From the sequence record NC_047777.1: a DNA stretch of 40,291 nucleotides. The stretch is one strand, 5' to 3'. Below the pieces are notes generated by a model. It saw only the letters and a program-made list of their open reading frames with translations, had not been told where the DNA came from and did not search any database. This stretch comes from Escherichia phage ZG49. Shown one piece after another: positions 27,338 through 37,477 of this stretch; the stretch's first letter is position 1, and each line of letters begins with the position of its first letter. The position numbers were made by a program, and so were the translations under genes.

Positions 27338-29620
27338 ATGGCTAGTAATATTGAATCAGCTCTGGCTAATCGGACTATGGGTCGCGGCAGAGCGCCGGGT
27401 AAAACTATCGCCGTCAACTATCAAGCAGCCAGCGTTCAGGCTCCGACTGGTGACTCCGGTCTGGCTCGTGCGTTAACCAACTTCGTTGAGTCTGGGACAG
27501 GATTGTACAAGCAGTTCAAGGACGATGAAAAGACACGGGCCGACGAGAGGTCTAACGAGATTATCCGTAAGCTGACACCTCAGCAAAGACGTGAGGCTAT
27601 CCAGAACGGTACATTGCTGTATCAGGATGACCCTTACGCTATGGAAGCACTTCGAGTCAAGACTGGTCGTAATGCTGCCTTTGCTGTAGACGACGAGATT
27701 AACGTTAAGATTCAGAACGGTGAGTTCCGTACACGTCAGGACATGGAAGAGTATCGCCACCAGCGACTTCAGGACGCCGCTAAGTCCTATGCTGAAGAGG
27801 CAGGTATTAACCCTACCGACGAGTTCTTCCAGCGTGGCTTCAACGATAACATCACGGACAGAAACATCGCTATCTATGGGTCTTTCAATAAGTATTTCAG
27901 CAAGCAGTCTGAAGAGACAGCAATGTTGAACACTCGTATTGAGATGAACTCGTTCCTTAACGATGGGGACCTGATGCGTTCGCCTGAGTCTGGAAAGACC
28001 TTCATGGCCTACCTTCGGGATGGACTAACGACTGCCGCTATCCCTTCGGACCAGCGAGCACGAGAGGTAATTACCCAGACGGTACGTGACGCAATCCAGA
28101 AGTCTGGAGGCTCAAACTTCCTACAGCAAGTCCGTGGTGAGCGTATAAACCTTAACGGTGTTGATGCTACCGTAGAAGAGATTGTAGGACCTGATGTCTT
28201 CAACGCTGCTATTGTTGAGGCACAAGGAACTGAGTACAAGCTGGTGGCTAAGTATCAGGAAGACTTAGCGTTAGGCGTTCAGTCTGCGATTCTTCAGGAT
28301 GACCCAACCATTGGTCTTGCCCAGATTCAGAAACTCAAGGAGCAGAACAACCTGCTTCAGCCGGGTGAAGAACTCACGCCTCAGCGTCAGATGCTTATTA
28401 ATGCCGAAGCCAGCTTACTGGAAGCGGTCAAGCGTAAGTCTGCTGAACAGGCAAAGGAGAACACTAAGTTAATCCAGACCCAGAACAAGCAACTGGTCAT
28501 CGACCAAGTTTATCAGCGACGTCTGGCTGGGGACAACGTGTCCACCAACTATGAGGACCTTCCGGTCTCTGAATCCACAGGAGAGTTCAAGCGTTCAGAC
28601 ATGAACAACTATGCGTCTGCTAAGCTACAGCAGATTGACCAGATGGACATCCCTGAGGCTGCTAAGGACGCACAGAAGGTTGCATTATTAAGAGCTGACA
28701 CTAACAACGGTCCGTTCCGTAATGCCTTCCAGACGCTGACTCAGGACGCTGCTGGTGAGTGGCAAGCTGCGGTCATCCGTGGGCAGTACGACCCAGACAA
28801 GATGCAACGCTTCGAATCTCTTCGTCGTGCCTACACTCAGGACCCTTCAAGTTTTTCTGCTCTGTATCCTGACCAAGCTCAGTTGTTCTCTACGTTCGAC
28901 CAGATGGACAAGATGGGTCTGGACCCTCAGACGATGATTGAAGCTGATAAGCAAGCTGCAAGTCAAAGCCGTGAGATGCGCATGGAGTCAGACAAGGCGT
29001 GGCAGGAGTTGAAGAATGACTCTCGGAATAAGGACCTTTCGCGTCTTCCTACGTCTCTGGACGCAAGTGCTCGTAAGGTCTGGGACTCATGGTACTATCG
29101 TACAGGTAACGCTGACGCTGCAACTCAGCAGACTCAACGCTGGCTGAATGAGAACACCGTAACGTTCCAGTCTGAAGGTTCTGACGGTAAGTCCATCGGC
29201 ATGGTGTCCAAGCACCAGCTTATGGTCGGGGATAACCCAGAGTCGTGGCAGGTGGGTCGAGACATTATCGACACCGCTCGTAAGCAACTCATTAAGGCCA
29301 ACCCTTGGGTAGTGAACTCTCAGTTGTCCGTTGTTGAACAGAACGGCTCTATCTTCCTCCAAGACGCTACAGGGACTATTCGTATTCGCTACGATAAAGA
29401 ACTTGTAGGTAAACTCTACCGCGAACAACAGCAGAAGGCACAAGATGCCGCATACGCTCAGGCAGAACGTGACGCTAACAAGCGAGCGCGTATCGTCGGG
29501 ACTAAAGCTGCTGGTGACAAACGTCGAGCTGACCGAGAGGCCAACATCGAGAAGCGCGGTGGGATGTACAATGACGTCTCACTGGAGGGTATCGCAAACG
29601 TACTAATTGGTAAGGAGTAA
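27338..29620 (+). CDS. Internal virion protein B (gp15-like)
   Basis: 760 aa versus T7 gp15 747 aa; RBS AGAGGAGG; position. Confidence 0.8.
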   Translation: MASNIESALANRTMGRGRAPGKTIAVNYQAASVQAPTGDSGLARALTNFVESGTGLYKQFKDDEKTRADERSNEIIRKLTPQQRREAIQNGTLLYQDDPYAMEALRVKTGRNAAFAVDDEINVKIQNGEFRTRQDMEEYRHQRLQDAAKSYAEEAGINPTDEFFQRGFNDNITDRNIAIYGSFNKYFSKQSEETAMLNTRIEMNSFLNDGDLMRSPESGKTFMAYLRDGLTTAAIPSDQRAREVITQTVRDAIQKSGGSNFLQQVRGERINLNGVDATVEEIVGPDVFNAAIVEAQGTEYKLVAKYQEDLALGVQSAILQDDPTIGLAQIQKLKEQNNLLQPGEELTPQRQMLINAEASLLEAVKRKSAEQAKENTKLIQTQNKQLVIDQVYQRRLAGDNVSTNYEDLPVSESTGEFKRSDMNNYASAKLQQIDQMDIPEAAKDAQKVALLRADTNNGPFRNAFQTLTQDAAGEWQAAVIRGQYDPDKMQRFESLRRAYTQDPSSFSALYPDQAQLFSTFDQMDKMGLDPQTMIEADKQAASQSREMRMESDKAWQELKNDSRNKDLSRLPTSLDASARKVWDSWYYRTGNADAATQQTQRWLNENTVTFQSEGSDGKSIGMVSKHQLMVGDNPESWQVGRDIIDTARKQLIKANPWVVNSQLSVVEQNGSIFLQDATGTIRIRYDKELVGKLYREQQQKAQDAAYAQAERDANKRARIVGTKAAGDKRRADREANIEKRGGMYNDVSLEGIANVLIGKE

Positions 29621-29624
29621 CATA

Positions 29625-32600
29625 ATGGCGACTCGTGGTATTCGCAATAACAATCCGGGTAACATCCGGGTAGGTAAGGACCAATGGGAAGGAATGACTG
29701 GAGATGATGGCGCATTCGTCACCTTCGATAGTCCAGAGTCTGGCGTCCGAGCTTTAGGTAAAAACCTGCTGTCCTACGGTCGCCAAGGCTATGACTCCAT
29801 CGAGAAGATTATTAACCGATGGGCACCTCCTAACGAGAACGACACTAAGGCTTATATCGACTCAGTGGTGGCTGCAACTGGTATTCCAGCTACCCAGAGT
29901 CTCGACCTATCGGACCATGACACCCTGTCTTCTCTGGCTCAAGCTATCAGCTTCCATGAGACAGGCTCCCGGTACGACCCTGAAGTCTATCAGAAGGGAG
30001 TCGCACGCGCACTCAATGGCATTAGCCCAAAGACTCCACCAGTAAGCGCTAACGTATTTGACGCACTCACGGAAGGACTCAAGGCTAAACCTAAAGTAGC
30101 TCTGGGTGAGAACCTTCCGACCGCTGCTGGTCTAAACATTGAGGGTCAAGCACCTGAAGCTCCCAACGAATCGTTCGGTGAGATGTTCTATAAGTCTACT
30201 GGCGATACCATGCAGGAGCGAGAAGACCGCTCTACGTGGTTCGGTTTTGGTGCTGCTACAGAAGCTGAAGTGAAGAACTCTATGGTCGGCGTGGCTATCC
30301 GCGCTGGTAAGACCGAGGACTCACTTGATGTCATTGGCGATGTGTTTAACCCTACCAGATGGAACAACCATAAGTGGACTCGCGAGGAGCTGGACCAGAT
30401 TCGTAACGCTGGGGTTCTGCCTCAGTATTATGGAGTCATTACTGGTGGGTCTCCTCAGAACCTGACCGAGCTTATTAACTTGGCTCTTGAGAACCAGAAG
30501 TTGGACCAAGAGAAGGCCAAGGCTGGGACTGGTGCTCAGTTAGCTGCTGGTGTGATTGGCGCTGGTGTAGACCCTCTGACATACGTTCCTATCGCTGGAC
30601 AGGTTGGTAAAGGCGGTAAGTTGGTCAACAAGATGTTCACCGTGGCTGCTCAATCTGGAGCACTGGCTGGTGTGTCCGAGATGGCCCGTACCTCAGTGGC
30701 TGGTGGTGATGCTCATGTGGCTGAAGCTATCCTTGGTGGTGCTCTCTTTGGTGGTGGTATGACTGCTATCGCTGATGGGTTAGGCAGAGCCTTGGGTCGC
30801 AACACTAATGAGTTTGCTGGTCCAGCTACACGTCTGGAAGCTCGTGAGACCGCTCGTAACGTTGATGGTCAGGACCTGTCTCGTCTCCCTATTCAGGAAG
30901 GTGAGCAGACCTTTAGTCATCAAGGCGTTAAGTTCGCTGACGTTCCGAACGAGCCGGGTAGTGTACGACTGGAAGATGGTTCAATCCTGATTGGTGAGAA
31001 CCCTCTGAACCCTAAGACACGTCAAGTCTTTGATGAAGTGATTGAGCCTGAACGTGCCGCTGCTGGTGTGAACCTTGGTGGGCTGACTGAGATTGGCCTG
31101 AAGCTGCTTCGGTCAGAGAACCCTGAGATTCGTGGAGTCGCTGCTGACTTAGTGCGTTCACCAACCGGTATGCAGTCAGGGGCCTCAGGTAAAATCGGGA
31201 CCACTGCGTCAGACGTATTCGAGAGACTTCGTGCTGTGGACCATCGGTTCTACAACGACATCGACGATGCGGTTACTGAGGCGCTCAAGGACCCATACTT
31301 CCAGACAGCATTCTGGCGAGACTCTGGCGCATTCCGTCAGGACATCTACCAGCGTGTGTCTATGGCTATTGAAGACGGAAGTGGGAACCTGAAGGCTGAA
31401 CTGACTCCGGGAGAACTGAAAGTCTATGACCTGCTGAAGAACCAGTTTGACGCCAAGCGTGAGATGATGGAGAACCCGGCGATGTTTGGTCGTCCAGACG
31501 CTCAGTCTATCTTTCCGGGCAGCCGATTCAAGGGAACCTACGTCCCGCATGTGTATAGCAACCAGATGAAGGAGCTGTACATCAAGGAGCTTGGGAGTCC
31601 AGAGGCACTACAGGAGGCCATCAAGAAGTCATGGTTGACCAGCTATGCGTCTCGACCTGAGGTCAAGAAACGTGTGGACGAGGCACTCTTAGAGGCTGAC
31701 CCTACGTTGACTCCAGAAGGACTTGCGGCTGCGGTCGATAAGTACGCCAACGATAAGGCTTATGGTATCTCTCACACCGAGCAGTTCGAGCGTTCATCCG
31801 TAATGGAAGAGAACATCAATGGTCTGGTTGGTCTTGAGAACAACAGCTTCCTTGAGGCTCGTAACCTGTTCGATAGCGATATGTCAATCGTTCTTCCTAA
31901 CGGTCAGACCTTCAGTGTCAACAACCTGCGTGAGTGGGACATGGACAAGATTGTCCCGGCCTACAACCGTCGAGTTAATGGTGATATTGCTATCATGGCT
32001 GGTACAGGCAAGACCACGAAGGAAATGAAGGACTTGGTTGAGACCATGATGAACAAGGCTGGTGATGACGGAAAGTTGAAAGGTGAAGTATCTACCTTAC
32101 GTGACACCTTGAAGATTCTAACGGGTCGTTCTCGACGTGATGGTGCTGATGATGCAGCCTTCGCTACCGTGATGCGCACAATGACAGACCTATCGTTCTT
32201 CGCTAAGAATGCCTACATGGGTGTTCAGAACTTAACGGAGATTGGTGGTATGCTGGCTCGTGGCAACGTTCGTGCAATGCTGCATGGAGTCCCAATTTTC
32301 CGTGACCTAGCCTTCCGTAACAAGAAGGTTGGGGCCTCAGAGATTAAGGACCTTCACAATGTTCTCTTCGGTAAGGAACTTGATGACTCAATCCGTCCGT
32401 CTAAACAGGATGTCATTGACCGTCTGCGATCTTACAGTGACCTCGGTCGTGGTACAGCTACAGCTCTGGGGACTGCCAAGTATTACACTGGCGAACTTGC
32501 AGTACGCTCTCCGTTCACTAAAGTCCTCAACGGTACGACCAACTACCTGTTAGATGCTGGACGTCAAGGCTTCCTGTCTGACATCGTGGAGCATAGCCTG

Positions 32601-33512
32601 ACTGGTAGTAAGCGTAAGTTCGATGACCGCTGGCTTAAGACCGCTGGTATCTCTGACGAGCAGTGGAAGGGCATTAAGTCCCTAATCCGTGAGTCAGTGA
32701 CTCGTGGTCCAGACGGGAAGTACACCATCAAGGATAAGAAGGCGTTCAGTCAGGACCCAAGGGCTATGGACCTATGGCGTATGGGTGACACCATCGCAGA
32801 TGAAACGTTACTCCGTCCTCATAAGCTGTCCAACATGGACGCCAAGGCTTATGGTCCTCTCGCTAAGACTGTCCTTCAGTTTAAGAACTTCGTCATCAAG
32901 TCCATCAATGGTCGAACCATGCGAACATTCTATAACGCCACGAAGAACAACCGAGCGATGGACGCTGCACTGTCTACTGTGATGTCTATGGGTCTGGCTG
33001 GTATCTACTACATGGCTCAGGCGCACGTCAAGGCTTACGCTATGCAGGACGGTCGAGACCGAGATTATCTCAAGCAAGCTCTGGACCCAACGATGATTGG
33101 CTATGCGGCCCTGTCCCGTAGTTCACATCTGGGTGGACCACTTGGGGTAGCTAACATTCTAGGTGGCATCGCTGGGTATGAGGACACTAAGATGCTCCGT
33201 TCGTCTATCCTCCCGCGTTCACCTACAGAGAAACCCGAACGTGCCATCCCATATGGTGCGGCTACAAGTGACCCTGTGATGAATGTCGTTGGTAACTTCT
33301 TGGAGCAGGTCCCGGCTTTCGGCTATGCTGCTAACGTTGGCGCTTCGGCATACAACTTGGCTGGCTACCTCAAGGCTGATACTCGTGTCAACGAGCGGGA
33401 CTACATGACCGGGATGTATAATACGTTCCGTGAACTGGTTCCGAACGACCCCATTACCCAGAAGTTGCTGCTTGGAACGTTTGAGGAGCAAGGTATCCAC
33501 ATCAAGGACTAA
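29625..33512 (+). CDS. Internal virion protein D (gp16-like) with a divergent N-terminal domain
   Basis: From about residue 190 onward colinear with T7 gp16 (RSTFFGF, TPTRWN, VVTGGSP.NL, RLEARETARN, LVRSPTGMQSGASGK, NSFLEARNLFDSD, RRVNGDIAIM, LLNGTTNYLLDA, RAMDLWR, YALSRSS); first about 145 aa unlike the T7 transglycosylase domain; ATG 29625. Confidence 0.9.
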   Translation: MATRGIRNNNPGNIRVGKDQWEGMTGDDGAFVTFDSPESGVRALGKNLLSYGRQGYDSIEKIINRWAPPNENDTKAYIDSVVAATGIPATQSLDLSDHDTLSSLAQAISFHETGSRYDPEVYQKGVARALNGISPKTPPVSANVFDALTEGLKAKPKVALGENLPTAAGLNIEGQAPEAPNESFGEMFYKSTGDTMQEREDRSTWFGFGAATEAEVKNSMVGVAIRAGKTEDSLDVIGDVFNPTRWNNHKWTREELDQIRNAGVLPQYYGVITGGSPQNLTELINLALENQKLDQEKAKAGTGAQLAAGVIGAGVDPLTYVPIAGQVGKGGKLVNKMFTVAAQSGALAGVSEMARTSVAGGDAHVAEAILGGALFGGGMTAIADGLGRALGRNTNEFAGPATRLEARETARNVDGQDLSRLPIQEGEQTFSHQGVKFADVPNEPGSVRLEDGSILIGENPLNPKTRQVFDEVIEPERAAAGVNLGGLTEIGLKLLRSENPEIRGVAADLVRSPTGMQSGASGKIGTTASDVFERLRAVDHRFYNDIDDAVTEALKDPYFQTAFWRDSGAFRQDIYQRVSMAIEDGSGNLKAELTPGELKVYDLLKNQFDAKREMMENPAMFGRPDAQSIFPGSRFKGTYVPHVYSNQMKELYIKELGSPEALQEAIKKSWLTSYASRPEVKKRVDEALLEADPTLTPEGLAAAVDKYANDKAYGISHTEQFERSSVMEENINGLVGLENNSFLEARNLFDSDMSIVLPNGQTFSVNNLREWDMDKIVPAYNRRVNGDIAIMAGTGKTTKEMKDLVETMMNKAGDDGKLKGEVSTLRDTLKILTGRSRRDGADDAAFATVMRTMTDLSFFAKNAYMGVQNLTEIGGMLARGNVRAMLHGVPIFRDLAFRNKKVGASEIKDLHNVLFGKELDDSIRPSKQDVIDRLRSYSDLGRGTATALGTAKYYTGELAVRSPFTKVLNGTTNYLLDAGRQGFLSDIVEHSLTGSKRKFDDRWLKTAGISDEQWKGIKSLIRESVTRGPDGKYTIKDKKAFSQDPRAMDLWRMGDTIADETLLRPHKLSNMDAKAYGPLAKTVLQFKNFVIKSINGRTMRTFYNATKNNRAMDAALSTVMSMGLAGIYYMAQAHVKAYAMQDGRDRDYLKQALDPTMIGYAALSRSSHLGGPLGVANILGGIAGYEDTKMLRSSILPRSPTEKPERAIPYGAATSDPVMNVVGNFLEQVPAFGYAANVGASAYNLAGYLKADTRVNERDYMTGMYNTFRELVPNDPITQKLLLGTFEEQGIHIKD

Positions 33513-33527
33513 ACTATCACTATAGGA
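33510..33527 (+). promoter_or_regulatory. Phage RNAP promoter TAAACTATCACTATAGGA (phi17-like)
   Basis: Exact consensus upstream of the tailspike gene. Confidence 0.75.
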
Positions 33528-33576
33528 AACGGGAGGCGCTACCATAGGTCTCCGTTTAAATAACAAAGGAGGCATA

Positions 33577-35637
33577 ATGTCCACGATTACACAATTCCCT
33601 TCAGGAAACACTCAGTACAGGATTGAGTTCGACTACCTAGCCAGAACGTTTGTTGTTGTTACGCTGGTGAATAGCTCTAACCCTACCCTGAACCGTGTAC
33701 TGGAAGTTGGTCGAGATTACCGATTCCTTAACCCAACGATGATTGAGATGTTGGTTGACCAATCAGGTTTCGACATCGTTCGTATTCACCGTCAGACTGG
33801 AACTGACTTAGTGGTAGACTTCAGGAATGGCTCAGTGTTGACAGCTAGTGACCTGACCAATTCAGAGCTTCAGGCTATCCATATTGCAGAAGAAGGTCGA
33901 GACCAAACGGTTGACTTAGCGAAGGAATATGCCGATGCTGCTGGTAGCTCTGCTGGCAACGCTAAGGATAGCGAGGACGAAGCACGCCGAATCGCTGCGA
34001 GTATCAGGGAAGCTGGTCTAATTGGCTATATTACCCGTCGCTCCTTCGAGAAAGGCTACAACGTTACAACATGGAGCGAGGTCCTGCTATGGGAAGAGGA
34101 TGGTGATTATTACCGCTGGGATGGTACGCTTCCAAAGAACGTTCCTGCTGGTTCAACTCCTGAAACTTCCGGTGGGATTGGATTAGGTGCGTGGGTTAGT
34201 GTTGGTGATGCTGCTTTAAGAAGTCAGATTTCAAACCCGGAAGGGGCAATACTCTACCCGGAATTGCAGATGGCAAGATGGCGTGATGAGGGTGATGTTC
34301 GAGGCTGGGGTGCTAAAGGGGATGGTGTAACAGATAGTACGGAGAATATAGCTGCTTCACTAAATTCTCAAAAAGCTGTCGTAGCATCAGAAGGTGTATT
34401 CTCTAGTTCTGGTATTAATAGTAATTACTGTAACTTAGACGGTAGAGGCAGTGGTGTACTAAGTCACCGTTCAAGTACAGGTAACTACTTAGTATTTAAC
34501 AATCTACGCTCAGGTCGCTTAAGTAATATTACGGTAGAAAGTAATAAGGCGACCGATACCACTCAAGGGCAGCAGGTATCTCTTGCTGGTGGCAGTGATG
34601 TTACTATAAGTGATGTTAATTTCTCAAACGTTAAGGGCGCTGGTTTCAGTTTAATCACATACCCTAATGATGCACCCTCTGATGGGCTTATGATTAAAGG
34701 CATTCGAGGTAGCTACTCCGGCTATGCTACTAATAAGGCGGCTGGATGCATACTTGCTGATTCCTCAGTTAACTCCCTCATAAATAACGTCATTGCTAAG
34801 AACTACCCTCAGTTCGGGGCTGTAGAACTGAAAGGTACAGCCAGTTATAACATAGTCAGCAATGTTATAGGGGCAGACTGCCAGCATGTAACTTACAACG
34901 GTACAGAAGGGTCAATAGCTCCCTCTAACAACCTTATCAATGGGGTAGTGGCTAATAATCCTAAATATGCAGCGGTTGTTGCAGGCAAAGGTAGTACCAA
35001 CTTAATCTCCGATGTGCTTGTAGATTTCTCAACCTCTGATGCTAGGCAGGCTCATGGTGTTACAGTAGAAGGTTCTGATAACGTCATAAATAATGTGCTT
35101 ATGTCAGGGTGTGATGGTACTAACTCTTTAGGGCAAGCTCAGACTGCTACAATTGCGCGCTTTATAGATACGGCTAATAACAACTATGCGTCTGTATTTC
35201 CTAGCTACAGTGCTACAGGTGTTATTACTTTCGAATCAGGTTCTACCCGTAACTTCGTAGAGGTAAAGCATCCGGGAAGGAGAAACGACCTTCTCAGTGC
35301 TACTGGTACTATTGAAGGTAAAGTTACTATTGACGGCACTAGTAATAGCAACGTAGTGCACGCTCCTGCATTAGGACAGTACATAGGCAGTATGTCCGGT
35401 AGGTTCGAATGGCGGATTAAGTCCATGTCACTTCCGTCAGGCGTTCTTACCTCGGCTGATAAGTACAGAATGCTTGGGGATGGTGCTGTGTCATTAGCTG
35501 TAGGTGGGGGTACTTCTTCTCAAGTTCGCCTATTTACTTCTGATGGTACTTATCGGACAGTATCACTCACCAACGGTAACGTGCGTCTTCCTACCAGTAG
35601 CACAGGTTATTTGCAGTTAGGTTCTAGCTCCCTCTAA
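33577..35637 (+). CDS. Tailspike (gp17-like), N-terminal 686-aa fragment truncated by tandem duplication D
   Basis: N-terminal 150 aa resemble the T7 gp17 adaptor domain (EFDYLARTFVVVTL, DYRF, VDFRNGSVL.ASDL, IAEEGRD); then a beta-helix-like region (WGAKGDGVTD); reading frame breaks at the duplication junction at 35625. Confidence 0.8.
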   Translation: MSTITQFPSGNTQYRIEFDYLARTFVVVTLVNSSNPTLNRVLEVGRDYRFLNPTMIEMLVDQSGFDIVRIHRQTGTDLVVDFRNGSVLTASDLTNSELQAIHIAEEGRDQTVDLAKEYADAAGSSAGNAKDSEDEARRIAASIREAGLIGYITRRSFEKGYNVTTWSEVLLWEEDGDYYRWDGTLPKNVPAGSTPETSGGIGLGAWVSVGDAALRSQISNPEGAILYPELQMARWRDEGDVRGWGAKGDGVTDSTENIAASLNSQKAVVASEGVFSSSGINSNYCNLDGRGSGVLSHRSSTGNYLVFNNLRSGRLSNITVESNKATDTTQGQQVSLAGGSDVTISDVNFSNVKGAGFSLITYPNDAPSDGLMIKGIRGSYSGYATNKAAGCILADSSVNSLINNVIAKNYPQFGAVELKGTASYNIVSNVIGADCQHVTYNGTEGSIAPSNNLINGVVANNPKYAAVVAGKGSTNLISDVLVDFSTSDARQAHGVTVEGSDNVINNVLMSGCDGTNSLGQAQTATIARFIDTANNNYASVFPSYSATGVITFESGSTRNFVEVKHPGRRNDLLSATGTIEGKVTIDGTSNSNVVHAPALGQYIGSMSGRFEWRIKSMSLPSGVLTSADKYRMLGDGAVSLAVGGGTSSQVRLFTSDGTYRTVSLTNGNVRLPTSSTGYLQLGSSSL

Positions 35638-36333
35638 CAACCTTATCAATGGGGTAGTGGCTAATAATCCTAAATATGCAGCGGTTGTTGCAGGCAAAGG
35701 TAGTACCAACTTAATCTCCGATGTGCTTGTAGATTTCTCAACCTCTGATGCTAGGCAGGCTCATGGTGTTACAGTAGAAGGTTCTGATAACGTCATAAAT
35801 AATGTGCTTATGTCAGGGTGTGATGGTACTAACTCTTTAGGGCAAGCTCAGACTGCTACAATTGCGCGCTTTATAGATACGGCTAATAACAACTATGCGT
35901 CTGTATTTCCTAGCTACAGTGCTACAGGTGTTATTACTTTCGAATCAGGTTCTACCCGTAACTTCGTAGAGGTAAAGCATCCGGGAAGGAGAAACGACCT
36001 TCTCAGTGCTACTGGTACTATTGAAGGTAAAGTTACTATTGACGGCACTAGTAATAGCAACGTAGTGCACGCTCCTGCATTAGGACAGTACATAGGCAGT
36101 ATGTCCGGTAGGTTCGAATGGCGGATTAAGTCCATGTCACTTCCGTCAGGCGTTCTTACCTCGGCTGATAAGTACAGAATGCTTGGGGATGGTGCTGTGT
36201 CATTAGCTGTAGGTGGGGGTACTTCTTCTCAAGTTCGCCTATTTACTTCTGATGGTACTTATCGGACAGTATCACTCACCAACGGTAACGTGCGTCTTCC
36301 TACCAGTAGCACAGGTTATTTGCAGTTAGGTTC
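34916..36333. repeat. Tandem duplication D: two identical 709-bp copies (34916-35624, 35625-36333) inside the tailspike gene
   Basis: Direct reading; ORFs 33577-35637 and 35657-36817 share about 230 identical residues. Confidence 0.9.
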
Positions 36334-36817
36334 CAATGCAATGACCCCAGATAGTACTAATACATACGCATTAGGTTCCGCAAGTCGAGCATGGTCTGGC
36401 GGTTTTACTCAATCAGCATTCACTGTTGTCTCAGATGCTAGGGATAAAACAGAGCCTCTTAATATCTCAGATGCTTTACTGGATGCTTGGTCTGAAGTTG
36501 ACTTTGTGCAGTTTCAGTACTTGGACCGAATTGAGGAGAAGGGTGCAGACTCAGCTAGATGGCACTTCGGCATCATCGCTCAGCGAGCTACGGAGGCCTT
36601 CGAACGTCACGGTATAGATGCACATCGCTATGGCTTCCTGTGCTTCGACAGTTGGGATGATGTGTACGAGGAAGATGCCAATGGCTCTCGTAAACTGATT
36701 ACACCAGCAGGTTCCCGCTATGGTATTCGTTACGAGGAAGTACTGATATTAGAGGCTGCGTTGATGCGGCGTACTATTAAGCGTATGCAGGAAGCATTAG
36801 CTGTTATGTCTAAGTGA
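35657..36817 (+). CDS. Tailspike C-terminal fragment (386 aa) including an intramolecular-chaperone-like domain
   Basis: C-terminus GSASRAWSGGFTQSAFTVVSDARDKTEP... resembles peptidase S74-type chaperone domains of phage tailspikes; begins at an internal Met created by the duplication. Confidence 0.65.
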   Translation: MANNPKYAAVVAGKGSTNLISDVLVDFSTSDARQAHGVTVEGSDNVINNVLMSGCDGTNSLGQAQTATIARFIDTANNNYASVFPSYSATGVITFESGSTRNFVEVKHPGRRNDLLSATGTIEGKVTIDGTSNSNVVHAPALGQYIGSMSGRFEWRIKSMSLPSGVLTSADKYRMLGDGAVSLAVGGGTSSQVRLFTSDGTYRTVSLTNGNVRLPTSSTGYLQLGSNAMTPDSTNTYALGSASRAWSGGFTQSAFTVVSDARDKTEPLNISDALLDAWSEVDFVQFQYLDRIEEKGADSARWHFGIIAQRATEAFERHGIDAHRYGFLCFDSWDDVYEEDANGSRKLITPAGSRYGIRYEEVLILEAALMRRTIKRMQEALAVMSK

Positions 36818-36921
36818 GTAATACTGGTACGGTATTTTCGCACAATGAAATCGTTGAACACGCTAACCAACGTATGTAACAACTTTGGGTCACGGACGAC
36901 CCGCTTTAAACTGGAGGTTTT

Positions 36922-37116
36922 ATGATTGAGTTAGACTTCAAGAATGAGGTCCTTAAAGCCTCTCCTATCGTCGGGACCGCTGCGGCTGATGGTGCCAGTC
37001 GGTTCTTCTTCGGACTTACACTGAACGAATGGTTCTACGTTGCAGCTATCGCGTACACCGTTGTCCAGATTGGTGTGCTAGTCTACAAAACGATTAAAGG
37101 AGGTGGTAAAACATGA
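36922..37116 (+). CDS. Holin (gp17.5-like, 64 aa)
   Basis: Single hydrophobic segment FYVAAIAYTVVQIGVLVY; position between tail fiber and terminase small subunit; RBS GGAGG. Confidence 0.65.
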   Translation: MIELDFKNEVLKASPIVGTAAADGASRFFFGLTLNEWFYVAAIAYTVVQIGVLVYKTIKGGGKT

Positions 37117-37376
37117 CGCAGATGGACTTAGAGAAGTTCCTCTTGATGCTTGATACTGAACGTGCTCGACTCATGCTGCAAGACCTGCGGGATGACACTA
37201 AGCGTTCACCTCAGCTCTACAACGCCATTGAGAAGCTGCTTGCTCGTCACAACTTTGTGTTAAGCAAGGTGTCCGTGGACGAGAAGACTCTGGCTGATAT
37301 GGAGGCCCTGAACGCAGAGTACGATAAGGTGCTTTCAGTGACTGAGGATAATGACACCGGGTATGGTGTTCAATAA
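37113..37376 (+). CDS. Terminase small subunit (gp18-like, 87 aa)
   Basis: Size and position (T7 gp18 89 aa); RBS AAGGAGGTGG. Confidence 0.7.
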   Translation: MTQMDLEKFLLMLDTERARLMLQDLRDDTKRSPQLYNAIEKLLARHNFVLSKVSVDEKTLADMEALNAEYDKVLSVTEDNDTGYGVQ

Positions 37377-37387
37377 GTGTTAGACTC

Positions 37388-37414
37388 AAGGTCATTACTA
37401 TATGTAGTGGCCTT
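37388..37414 (+). promoter_or_regulatory. RNA hairpin (10-bp stem); candidate RNase III site (R18.5-like)
   Basis: AAGGUCAUUA / UAGUGGCCUU; same flanking motif as 6183 and 13556. Confidence 0.45.
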
Positions 37415-37477
37415 TATGGTTAACACTAACTAGTGGAGGCGACTCTACGTGAAATCTGATAAACCGGGAGGACAACT

